Shown here in pieces: positions 1 to 11,816 of a stretch of DNA of 64,000 nt. The notes below the pieces were generated by a model that did no database searches, had not been told where the DNA came from, and saw only the letters and a list, made by a program, of their open reading frames with translations. The stretch's first letter is position 1; the number at the start of each line of letters is the position of its first letter. The stretch covers positions 5,126,778 to 5,190,777 of the forward strand of contig NC_134030.1 of NCBI RefSeq assembly GCF_964204645.1. Reading direction: 5' to 3'. The DNA is from Tubulanus polymorphus. Taxonomy: Eukaryota; Animalia; Nemertea. The translations under genes and the position numbers were made by a program.

Positions 1-2886
1 TTACCAGTCTTACATTGAATGCTTGCTTAATTTCGAATCGGGATCATAATGAGATTTAAATCCCCAGGGCTGGCGGGTGTATCTATCACGTCGAGACGCG
101 CTCCTCACTGGTCAATATAGTTATCTCTTGTTATAAATAGTAAATACACCCAGAATTAAATTTCACATCCTCATCTCAATTCTTGCCAATAAAAAGCTTT
201 GTATACCCTTCAAAAGCCAGCCCACATACGCATGCGGCCTTGTATGGGTCCTCTTGGTATATCTGTAAGGGTGAAGCTCCCCCTTGAATAACAGATTTCC
301 TTTTTTCAAGCTACGGTAACTCATAACTTCCCATAATCGTAAAGTAAGAATCGTCACAATTCAAAACAAACCATTTAGCACTGAATGACCTCCGATTTGG
401 GACCGAAAATCTCAAAATGCACCGAATGAACCTGGCAATGTGAAAATTCCCCGAATCACATCAAAGTGCCGACAACTAATAACTTGTTTTGAAAACATTG
501 GAACCGATGATCATTTGATATGCTCGTAAAAGAATGAAACAATTCAGTTTTTATGATCGCCCTGTTACTAAAAGACGTGGTGGGCCACCCGAGAATTCCT
601 CATGGTGACCACCGGATCGTGCTAGCCGAATAAATCCAGCGTAAGGTACACATCACAACAGTGACCCAGGCGATGCAACATAAAACCATGAATATCGTGA
701 TTATCTGAAATAATCAAATTCATTTCTACGATTTACCATTTTACACAGGATTATGCCTGCAAGAAGATATCGAACTGTTCTGCCCCTTCTTTTCGAGTCT
801 GTTTTGTTCATATTCCATTATTATGTTAGAAAGAAACCGATAACTGAAATAAAGGTTGAACAGAAATCACGCTAGTGCTACTAAGCACATTTGAATATCT
901 TACACACAATTTCTGGCTATTATTTATATATTTGTTGACTCGTGGCAAGATTTTCCCAAAGATTTATGATCGCGTTGACACTGCGAGAGAACAATACGAC
1001 ATATTCAACAAACAGTGATTATTACCTTTAATAACGAGTCGGTATTGATAATGTCAAAATACGCCAACCGTTTTATGTGCGCACCACAGAAAATATATTG
1101 CTTATACAACGATAGTTCAAACAGCTTTAATACTGGTTTCGTGGTAGAAAAAATATACTAATCATCGAATATGAAATCTCACACATATATCTGGGCGACG
1201 ACGTTCGATTTTTTGATGATGAAATTGAGGAGTTCGGGAGAGTTCTACCGGGACTGAGATTCACGGTCTATTCGAGAGGTGTTTACCACCAGAAAATAAA
1301 TCGTGCGCACTGCAAAGTGTACGACGCAGAGCCGGGTAATCCGGAAAGGCGCCATCTTACCAAGATGAGACGCGTACTCATTCATTTCCGGTCGTCCCCG
1401 ATGGACCTGATCAACCCTCCACATAATAAACACTTAATCCTCGCAAAAACCGGCTTCCATTTCGACTGATAATATGACACTATCTATATGCAAGCAAACT
1501 GGTCCGCCGGCGACTCTAAACTCCTAAACACTATTATATTTGTATCCGATGTGTCATTATGGACGCTCATTCAATTAAATACATCCACAGAGGTTGTCAT
1601 TATCTTACCCAAAAATCTCATAATGCCACATTACTATAAGACAAATTTATAAATGGCTGAATAACGACAATTTGTACTGAGTCCCACAAGTCAGACGGCC
1701 AGATAAGGCGGCTATAAGGAGGCACTAGGATGCGTTACTGTTTAGAGTAAATTCGACCCTTGGGATGTGGCACACCACACAACCGATGTATTTCGTTCAC
1801 AATTCATATTCTGCTGTGGAGCATCGAACGTGAAAGAGACAAATTGCCCGAGTCTCCCAGGTTTAAAGTTTTAATCCACGAAACTGCCGGAGAAAGATGC
1901 TGTAAATAATGAAGACGACGTTTGTGTAGCAAAGTCGATTACGTTCGGATGTGATTAAAATCATTCAGACTCGTGTACTCGAGTCGATGAAGAAGACGTT
2001 TTTTGTTGGCCCACGAAAATGCAGTAGTCTATTCGTCATTTCTTTCGTATGAAATACGAACCAAAGAGTGTGTAAACAATGAATTTTCACGAATATGATC
2101 CATTCATTGTGCTTACCTACGATAAAGTATAATCAATATCATGATCGAATCATGAATATCAAGAAAACCCATGATGAAAAGTCATCGTTGTTTCTATTAT
2201 CATAGATAGGTGTTTGATGATAGAATTAAGGATAGACATTTCGAGCAATTATGGGAATAATCTCTGTAATCGTTATGTATCAATTAAAGATTTTGAGTGA
2301 TTTTGTCGGATCCGTAGACATTTCCAATTATCTGTTATTTGTCGAGGCGTTAACCGAAGCGCCATCGTGTTTTTACAGTGGTTACCGATAGACGGCACAA
2401 ATTGACCGTGACGTATACGGTTTTCGGTGGGCAGACGATCGCACGGTACATCGCTTCCGGCTATCGCCGTGCTGCAAAACAGTAATCAGTAAAAACATGA
2501 TCTTACACAATAAGCATACAGATACAATAAACTTATTATTGGACCCAATTAACCGTATCAAGTCAACACCTATCTGGTATTTTGAACTCCCTGGCAGCAC
2601 ATGTAACACTCGGCACACCATATTTGAAGAGTAAACATTTAGGTTTTCTGATGTTTTCCAAGCGCATCCTTTTCGTTTGCAATAGTGAATGGAATTGCCA
2701 TAGTAGCAGTTGAAAAACCTAGTTCGATTCCCTTTGAACCTAAGACCAGTACCCGCTGTCGATTGTTTTTATTACTACGCACACAACTGTAATATCGGTA
2801 ATGAATTAATTAGTAGCAAGAAGCGGAAACAACTCGGTCTTTTTTCATATCACATAATTCCCATCTGACGCAATCAACAAATTCTT

Positions 2887-3234
2887 CCTTAATTCAATTT
2901 TCAATTTCAATATTCATTTAATTGTTCAATTTTTACTTTTTCCATGTGGGTCTTGCAAAGCCATTGAAGGCCGCTGACACAGGCGCCCAATGGAATAAGA
3001 AGTAAAGAGAGAGGAGAGAAAATGAGAAAAATATGAAAAGAAGCTAAATGTGTATCGCCACCTTAATTCAATTTTCAATTTCAATATTCATTTAATTGTT
3101 CAATTTTTACTTTTTCCATGTGGGTCTTGCAAAGCCATTGAAGGCCGCTGACACAGGCGCCCAAGGGAATAAGAAGTAAAGAGAGAGGAGAGAAAATGAG
3201 AAAAATATGAAAAGAAGCTAAATGTGTATCGCCA
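2887..3234. repeat. Tandem duplication of a 174-bp unit (2 copies)
   Basis: 2887-3060 and 3061-3234 are identical apart from one substitution I could see (cccaaTgga vs cccaaGgga). Confidence 0.95.
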
Positions 3235-3893
3235 TGAAAAAGTATATCCTCGGGTAACATTGTTAGGTATTAACCGGTTCTGTAAGATTAGTTCTATAAG
3301 ATTCGTAAGAGAGCTTCCTAACATGGAAAACCTTCAAAAACACATGATTGATGTAATTTTGCTAAATCGAGTTGTAATGACCGTGGTAACATAATCGTGG
3401 TCACGGACACTAATTGCAAGATACATACGTAGTTGGAAAAAATGTAAAATTACGTAAAATAACTTTCTTTGTCATTATGGTATCTTATTTCTATTCTTAA
3501 ACTAGTTATATTCTTATGTTATGTATATCTTTTAAAAGAAAACGACCCTATCAGCCACAAGGTGATAAATCGCTATTGTTTTTCTTCACAACTACAAGGT
3601 TTTGACATGTTATACTGTAATTACTCTCCATTTCGTGGGAAAATATTCTAACTTTTAATAATTTGCTGTTCGTTTTGTCTGCGGATTATCATTGATTGTA
3701 CTAATTTGGCTTTTCGGATTAGGTTTATGGTTTTTCCGTGTATTGCCGAATGAATCTGCGACGCACGGTGACGTCATACACGAAGCGCCGCCCCGGAACC
3801 GCCTGTCGCATTACTCGCTCATTGTGATCAGTTTTGTGTCAGAACGTTAAACCTCGCCCACCGCATTCATCAAAGTCAATTAGTCAATTGTGG

Positions 3894-3930
3894 TATAAAA
3901 CACCCGATTTGCAAAGCGATACCTTCAGTT
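3894..3930 (+). promoter_or_regulatory. Evx core promoter: TATA box plus initiator
   Basis: TATAAAA at 3894-3900 and an Inr-type TCAGTT at 3925-3930 (A about 33 nt after the TATA start), about 250 nt upstream of the Evx ATG. CRE TGACGTCA at 3769-3776 and TCF-type ATCAAAG at 3869-3875 lie just upstream. Confidence 0.65.
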
Positions 3931-4179
3931 AGCTTTAAGTGGCTCTCGACTCAAGCTGTGAGCTCTTTCAATAAGTTGGATTAGTAAAATAGCGGTCGCG
4001 TGTTCAGTGACACTGATACTTTCCTGACAATTTCCAGCTATCATCGAAATATTTTTTACCTGGATTCGATATTCTCAGAAGTTCGAAGTTTTTTAAAGGT
4101 TCGACGACCTCGTTAGTTGAAGCTGAATTGACCGATAGATTTTTTTATCAGCTCTCGCAAGTTAATCGCCTGAAGAAGA

Positions 4180-7100
4180 ATGCAATTTTTGACGATGCCG
4201 CCCGGGGGTGCTGATGATGATCGTTTGGACATGTCCTGTGAGGGGAGGCTGAGCCCGATGAGTAACAATGGGGACCACAGTATTGATGAAACCGGAAAAC
4301 GCGATCCGAACAAAAAAGGTAAAATCTTGTTCTAATTCATAGTACTATTTTTATTTGATTCTATAAAAATTTATCTCGAAGTCTCGATTTTGGTGTTCGA
4401 TACATTTTCTACATACTTGCGTTTTGCGAAAAATGTAAAAAATACATATGCAAGGAAATGAATTGGAAAGAAAAAATTACGTAATTTCATTAAGTTTTAT
4501 TCAAGATTCTTGTACAAAATTGGTGAGAATTGCAAAATTGATCACGGAATGACATTTAAGACGGTCGGAACATTTATTCAAATGTATAAGTTCACAGTTT
4601 TCATTGATACCGGTACCAAAGATTATTATGTCTTTTTATATTGATGTCGACTGTGTCAGGTTTTACAACGTGGACTCTTGAATTTACGATGATAAGGAAT
4701 TACAGAGTACGATATTCTTTCAAGAAGTTTCCTTCACTTTGAAAAATCGCTTTTCGATCACTAATTTGTGGCTACTGGCTGACCCAGTGACACGTAAACT
4801 GGTTACCCGTATGCACGGGCATAACCATGGAGTTTTTGAATACGATTCATTCACTGAGATTTTAATGGGATTTACAATTATCTATTTAAACTCTAATCGA
4901 CTATAACGACATCAGTTTATTGGGTAGCAACACTTCTCTATAGTTGAATTTGCACGAGTTAAATCGGATTTTAATTGACGGTAAACTCAGTCGATTTTAC
5001 GGATGATGAAAGCTATACGTTGTCTGAACAGTTGACTGAGGTTGTTGTTACAATCTTCAATCTAATGATTACTCTTGATAACTGTCTTTGTAGCAATAGC
5101 ATAAGGACATGTTAACAATTATTTTGCATTTATCAAAATATTCGGTAATGCTTTGGGCTATTCGTCCCCAAGAAACGGTTCCTATAACTGTATATAATCA
5201 ATTCAAAAATGTTTGGCCCGCTGTGATGATGATGCTCCGTTCGGATACGATTCCAACACGAATCATTTGCAAATGTAATTTTGAAAACCTGGACATAGAG
5301 TATGTGATAGTTCTGAAAGTTTAAAACTTTAAACCCAGAACGCAGAGTCGCTTTAAACCCAGAACCCAGAACTGTGGGAATGTGCCCTGAAAATCAATAG
5401 ATCAGTCGCGGCTAATATCAAATTTGCGTAGATGTGTTCTTCGAAAAATGTACAGTTGTGATCTGTTGACGAACTGATTTCATTATCAGTCATGTCTAAA
5501 CAGGTTTACAAGAGTGGCCGGAGGGCAAGATAAACATATTACGCAGTTACTGAAAATAATATCTCTTGAATTCTTGATCCAATCCAATAAAATTGACAAA
5601 CAAATGAGTGTTGATTGTAGAAAGGCTGATAATATGTTTATGGTCAACTTAAGTTAAAACAATCATTTTCCAAAACGATGATTCAGGTATTTCCCTTCGG
5701 GTTACAAATTGTTTCTCGATTTTACTACCTATTGTTTATTACTAGAATATTTGCGGGGTCGGTTGAAGATTCTTATAGGCAAATTAAGGATAATGTCATT
5801 ATTCGGATTAAGCCGATTAAACCTTATTAGATTAAGATAATTCCACTAATGAAATTTGATACGGAAAGAAAACAATTTTCTGCAATTGTTAGTGGAACAA
5901 TACAGCGGTGATCAGACGTAAAGGGATTTGAGTTTTAAATACCTGTCATTGCAGAGGATGTCTGCGTGCAGAGACGACGTACGTTTCATATTTTTTTTAC
6001 TGATTTACCCCGTTAACAAGTCATCAAATTCAGTTCAAGTCATCAAAAATTCGACAAAAGATTCTCAACAACTAGTATAATACGCTTACGATTTTAATTA
6101 CTGCGTAGTATTTAGGTGCTTGTAAAAACGTTTGATATATGCTGAGTCATAATAATATCGCCGACAAGTTTTTACATTCGTCCTGTGTCTGATTCTACTG
6201 ATAACCGTGGGAACGAAAGCTCATTAATAAAACGCGTATCGTAAAATCACATTATTTCAAAACGATTAGCGAAGACGTGTACTTAACTTTCGCCCAGCTA
6301 TTAATTACTGTTAAGTAGTCTGGCATTAGGCTCACAGACGCCGCACAATCTGCTCGGCCTTTCAGCAAATGTGCCTTCTGTAATTTCAGCAGTAATTCAC
6401 AGACCGGTTAAGACATGTTACACAAGACATCATACGACAAAACGTATATATAGAGACGAATATTAAGCATTGTTTTTGCATAATTAATTTATTCATTCGC
6501 CAATTTCTCCTCCATTAATATTAATTGTCGCGTTATCGAATCAATTATGCATCAGTTTAGTTGTTGCTGTTATGAAAATGTTATGGACACAAATAATATG
6601 ATAATAACATCATAATAATTATGTTTCATGGTTAGAATTCAAAAAGAAAACAGCAAGTTTTCATGAAAAAAAAACTTTGGACGTTATTCTTACAGTTATA
6701 CATTACATGTGGTTATATCTGTTGTATTATTTTGTAGAATTGGTCCCTCCAGAGGAGCCATCGTTTCGACGTTACAGAACGGCGTTTACTCGTGAACAGA
6801 TCGCCAGACTTGAGAAAGAATTCTACAGAGAAAGTTACGTTTCACGACCGAGACGCTGCGAACTCGCTGCACAATTGAATTTACCTGAGAGCACAATAAA
6901 GGTACGCGTGAATATGCAAGCGGAAATTTGGTATTCGAAACTTATCAATTCATTTTTTTGCCATTGAAACCGGGGTATACTAAGATATCTAATTATTGTT
7001 CTCATTCTTATTCGATCTATAGGTATGGTTTCAAAACCGCCGAATGAAAGATAAACGACAGCGAATGGCTTTGGCGTGGCCGTACGGTTTAGCCGATCCG

Positions 7101-7631
7101 AATTTCTACGCGTATCTGATGAATGCTGCCGCTGCCGGTCTGCCCTATAACCCGGCCGCCGCCGCTGCCCTGCCCGCTTCCCCTCTCGGCTACTACGCCA
7201 GCCTCGGGCTTCAACGAGCTGCCGCGTCGTACCATCCGTACAATTTTCCTAATCCGTTACGACCGCGTTCCGAGCATCTACCAAGCCCGTTAATGCGAGC
7301 GCCCGTTCCGCCGGAAATGATGATGCCACACCACCCGCTGGCTCCATCTAGCACCGAATTACCGCGAGAAATAGCCGGTCACGCGTCATCGCCATCGCTC
7401 AGCGCCGGTCATCACGGACTCATGCGACCCCATCACACAGCAGCTACAATATCAGACACTGCCCATGATCCGTGTAATAGCTACCCACTTACCTCGCCTC
7501 CAGTTACATCATCACCAACGTCATCACCACCGTCAACAGTACCAACAACGGCTGCTACAGCAACTAAAGACAAATCGATCACTACCACACCCAAACTATT
7601 TCAACCATACAAAGACAATACCGATTCGTGA
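4180..7631 (+). CDS. evx: Even-skipped (Evx) homeobox transcription factor; exons 4180-4318, 6738-6901, 7023-7631
   Basis: The homeodomain [45 protein letters not shown]|[20 protein letters not shown] is diagnostic of Eve/Evx. It is followed by an Ala/Pro-rich repression region and a C-terminal LFQPYK motif. GT-AG sites are phase-compatible; exon 1 is less certain than exons 2-3. Confidence 0.97.
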
Positions 7632-9797
7632 GTCAGGACAATAAGCCTTCCTATTTTCTGGAAGCCAAAATTGAGTCGATCCAGTCTGAAATTCAAATCT
7701 CCAAAGATCGTGCATCTAAGATAAATCTTTAGAATCATTTCTTATTCGTCATACGCTGAAGTAAGAATTACGATTTCAGGTGCAAACACTTTTTGATCTC
7801 AAAAAAACATATCATTTACTATCATTACGAAGCTTTAAAAAGTAACTACTTTAAAAATTGTAAATATAGATTTATTAAATGTTAAATTAGAAACGAAACC
7901 CTTCATCTAAGACATTATTTCTCCATGAAATCTAGGCATAATCCTTTTCCCAAGGATTGGTAAAAAGTTAACAATTTTAAGGAGAAATTGTTAAAAAAGT
8001 ATTTTATCAAATGAAATGTAAAAATATCTGTGATTATCATTAGAATTTATACATAAGCGAATAATGTGTTGTACATATCTATGTATTCAAATGTATATGA
8101 TAATAATTATTTCTATTTAAGTATATATATATACGCAGTTTGTTATTTATTTCTTGATATTTTTTCTTCTCCTTTGTTCTGTTGACCTGCTTCCGGTGTG
8201 TGAAAGTGTGGAACAGCAATCGAGAAAAGACCACGACAAAATGAGGATTTAAAAAAATGTCCGTTTTAGTATGAATTCCATTTTTATATGAATTGATTGA
8301 AATATTGCTAGTTGGTGCGAGTCTATGATCTACTTTAAGACTGCGTAAAAACAGGCCCGTGACCGTAGCGACCGAAAGCCCGAAAATTGTCAGTGCTTCA
8401 AAAAGTCAGTGTCAAAAGTGCCGGGTCAAGATTTTCTCGAAATTTTGATACAATTTTCATGTTTATCTTTGATAAGATTAAAACTAATCCATTCTCAAAT
8501 GATTCATTCAGGAACATGTTTTTAGAGTCGTCCTATTACAACAAAGAAGTAAAAAGTGCCCTTTTTTCTTGAATTGGAACTGCCCCTGAGAAAAGCTCGG
8601 CATCTATCACCGTTTCTTCTGGTGTTTTGTTGATGATTGTTGAAATTGAAGAAGAAAGTTCGCAATGATTCCCCAAATCGACAATTCAATTTCGAATAAA
8701 TGATGTATTAATGTAGCATGTGAAAATACGACAATTTCAGGGCAATGCGTGTAAGTTCAATTAGATAGCCGTCATTTAAACATAATGAATCTATTCGCCG
8801 GCGTCATGTTCATTGATTAACTCGTGCGGCAGACGAACGAAATTGCCTCGCACGAAAATCCACTTCGCACCAAAACGACAAAAACCATTCGGTTTCCACA
8901 CAATAATCGCAGATGGTCAGCGGCTAAGTTTAATTGGCCGCGTTGTTACAGACCAAATAATCATTTGACGTCGTTCCGCTAATGACTGAGATCATTATGA
9001 TTCAGATGCGGCTGAGTATTAATTTGTTGCGCGGTTGACGATTCGAACAATGAACGATCTCACACATGACGCGTCACCGAAACAATTTCAACAAATACAG
9101 AAAGTTGTGCTTCGATTTGAAGGTGAGTTTTATGAGCGTTTTATGACTATTGGTCAGTCCTGACCAACTGTCATCACCACCGAGTTGAGCCCATATATAC
9201 TGCCATCTTTATTCCTTTGATCCACCGCATCGGCACCCTGTCCTTCGAATGGTCGTATAAACTAGTTCATACAATGTCAATGTTATCGGAATTTTTAGAA
9301 TTTCAAAGAACCGGATGATAAAAGATCGGGAGTGTTGACTTTGCAGTGAGAACCCCTCAGATCTCAAATCATGTGCACAAAAATCATGATTGTATGATAG
9401 ATGTGAGAAGAAAATGGCTTAGAACTTGTGGTGGCCGGGGGTAAATTAACCGGAATTCAGTCGCGTGTTTCACCTCTGGAAACCATAATACGCACTTATG
9501 TCGTCCCAGGTGAGTAGGGCTCCTCAATTTGACGAAGTAGCATTATTTTCGGTCGTCTTTTAAACGTCTCGCGGGTCGTCAATTTACGCGACACCGATCA
9601 TGACACCGAACTTTCTTCGTTTCTTATATTACTGTTCCCTGGAGCCGCAGTTTTGCATGCCACCCGCTCATGATCTGAACCGTCATCAAAGCCGTATTTA
9701 TTAAGACAGAGCCACTCACGGTTCAGTCATGATAGCCCGTCATTAGGCGCTAAAACGACCCTCTTGACACCGTGAATATTGCCTCCCGGCCGCCGAG

Positions 9798-9811
9798 GCG
9801 CCCCCTAGGGA
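9798..9811 (-). promoter_or_regulatory. CTCF-like motif downstream of Evx
   Basis: Minus strand reads TCCCTAGGGGGCGC, 12/14 to the consensus CCASYAGRKGGCRS, within a local GC-rich island. Confidence 0.4.
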
Positions 9812-10848
9812 CCAGGCGGTGCGTGGTCGGCGCAATGAACGACAGTTATTCAAACTTTCATTCCAGGTTGGAGCCGTGAAAATTGTATCGGCTGTTATCA
9901 TGTGTTTGACCGGAATGACGGTGCTTGGACGTGTTTTATCTAATTTTCACGGCAGGGACACAAACCCATTACGAGCGTTGACGAACACTAAAAACCCGTC
10001 GCAACTCATCTGTGACCATTGTTATGCAGGAAAAACCATAGTGGAACAGTCTCACATTCTTTGAGCGATTTCCGCCAAATCTGAGAATATCGTATGTTCT
10101 GTGAGGATAGCTAGAATATTTATAAATCCGATTGAATGGTTCCTAGAATTATATTTTCTTACATTGTCCTCTTTTTCGGTTCAAATAATCACCATTTTAA
10201 CGGGTTGATTAAAACATTTCACTCTCAGAACCTCCGACATGAACCGTTTGTGCCGTGTGATCCACAACGACATCGGAGTCCATTAAACATATGTAATTGG
10301 TTTGCAGATTCTGAAATCTTTATTAAAATGCTAATTTAACGGTTCATTTGAGGTCTCTGTATGATAATGATGCCATCCGGGGCCACGCAGCTGGCACGAG
10401 GCATTATACATCCCCGACTTATCTGACGACTTTCTGATGAAACCACGCGCATCACCGGTCATTAACTAAACTCAGCAGCAATATGCGTTTGACCGAGCTA
10501 TGAATGATGTATCATCAGAGCCATTCGCTGAAGTTAAGTTGTAACAATAACCAAATATTTGAAAACCTAACGCATTCCATACGATGCCGACTGTAGGGAA
10601 ACAGCCGAAAAGTAAACGCCGTTCGTCAGATTTTAGGTCTCTGGCAACGACCGGAGTCTCTGTTTCGTCTGAGCCGTTGAACGGTTGCAACGAGTCGCAC
10701 ATACGTTCCTTTGCAACGCGATGTCTCTTCCAGTCGTGTTGCAGTCGACTGCAAAAAAGGGTGGGCATCTGATCGACAAATACCCAACCTCATTGATTCC
10801 GATCATGACCTCATTGATCACCCCGTTGATTATCCAACGGCCTGCCTC

Positions 10849-11024
10849 TTTACACCATGAGGTGCTGCCGCTATGCTCATCGTTAGCGGATTTTTCATAC
10901 ACGAACATGATCCGACTCTGGCAGTCAACGGACCGCGCAAGAAATTAATTGCCAGAGTCGGTTCATATTAGTGTATGAAAAATCCGCTATCGATAAATAT
11001 AGCGGCAGCACCTCATGGTGTAAA
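10849..11024. mobile_element. Foldback/MITE-like element with ~75-bp terminal inverted repeats, flanked by TA
   Basis: Left arm TTTACACCATGAGGTGCTGCCGCTAT...CCGACTCTGGCA (10849-10923) pairs with right arm TGCCAGAGTCGG...ATAGCGGCAGCACCTCATGGTGTAAA (10950-11024), with a 26-nt spacer. Confidence 0.8.
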
Positions 11025-11816
11025 TGAGATATCTAAAGCACAACCAGTTCTAGGGACCCAATGAAGGAATATTATGATATTGACACGAAGATAAAAACAT
11101 TGAAAAAATACATCATAAGTGGCAAAATTTTACTGCCATTCAGAGAATTGAAGCTTATTTCAGAAATACGAAGTAGTGGCGTACTTCAGTTCGCCAGAAT
11201 AGAACAGAAGTGGCGGAGGTTGGTTATCTGTCGATCAGATGTCACTGGGGATACGGTTCATTAAATTGAGCGTAGGGCGACGAGCGGTAAGCGCGCTTAA
11301 GCAGAAGATATTGTTTACAATACCAGAAAGATTAACGCACCCGATATTTAGCCAATTATCTCAAGTGGATAGGTTTAAAGATTCATCAAGATTTACGGCC
11401 AACAACGTCCCAAAGGAGTACGTCATTGCAGATTTCACCCTTTCAAAAACTCGTCTTGAATACACCTTCTATTCTCATTTATCTTGAACCCGATACAAAT
11501 TTGTTAAAAAGCTCAGCCCAGGTCAAAGTCTTAGGTCTCCTGTTTCTGACTTCCTTGGAAAAGTTAATTACCAACCAATAACTAATAATAATTCATCTAT
11601 CTTATTGATAACTTTGTATAACTAAATTTATTCAGTCATACTGATCATCGTCAGGCCAGCTGAGAATTACATATAATTTAGAACTACACGTGAATACAAT
11701 GAATTTATAGAATTATCGAGTAGAAATATGTTATGTGGCTCCACATGTGGCTTTAGCCTCAGTCCAGCTGAAACTACTGTAGGTCACGCGATGTCTAATC
11801 AGTGCCTTAGTTCATG

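Noticed and set aside
10472-10948. Cluster of overlapping 60-100 aa ORFs on both strands
   Set aside because: No recognisable domains or splice structure, and they overlap palindromic repeat DNA.
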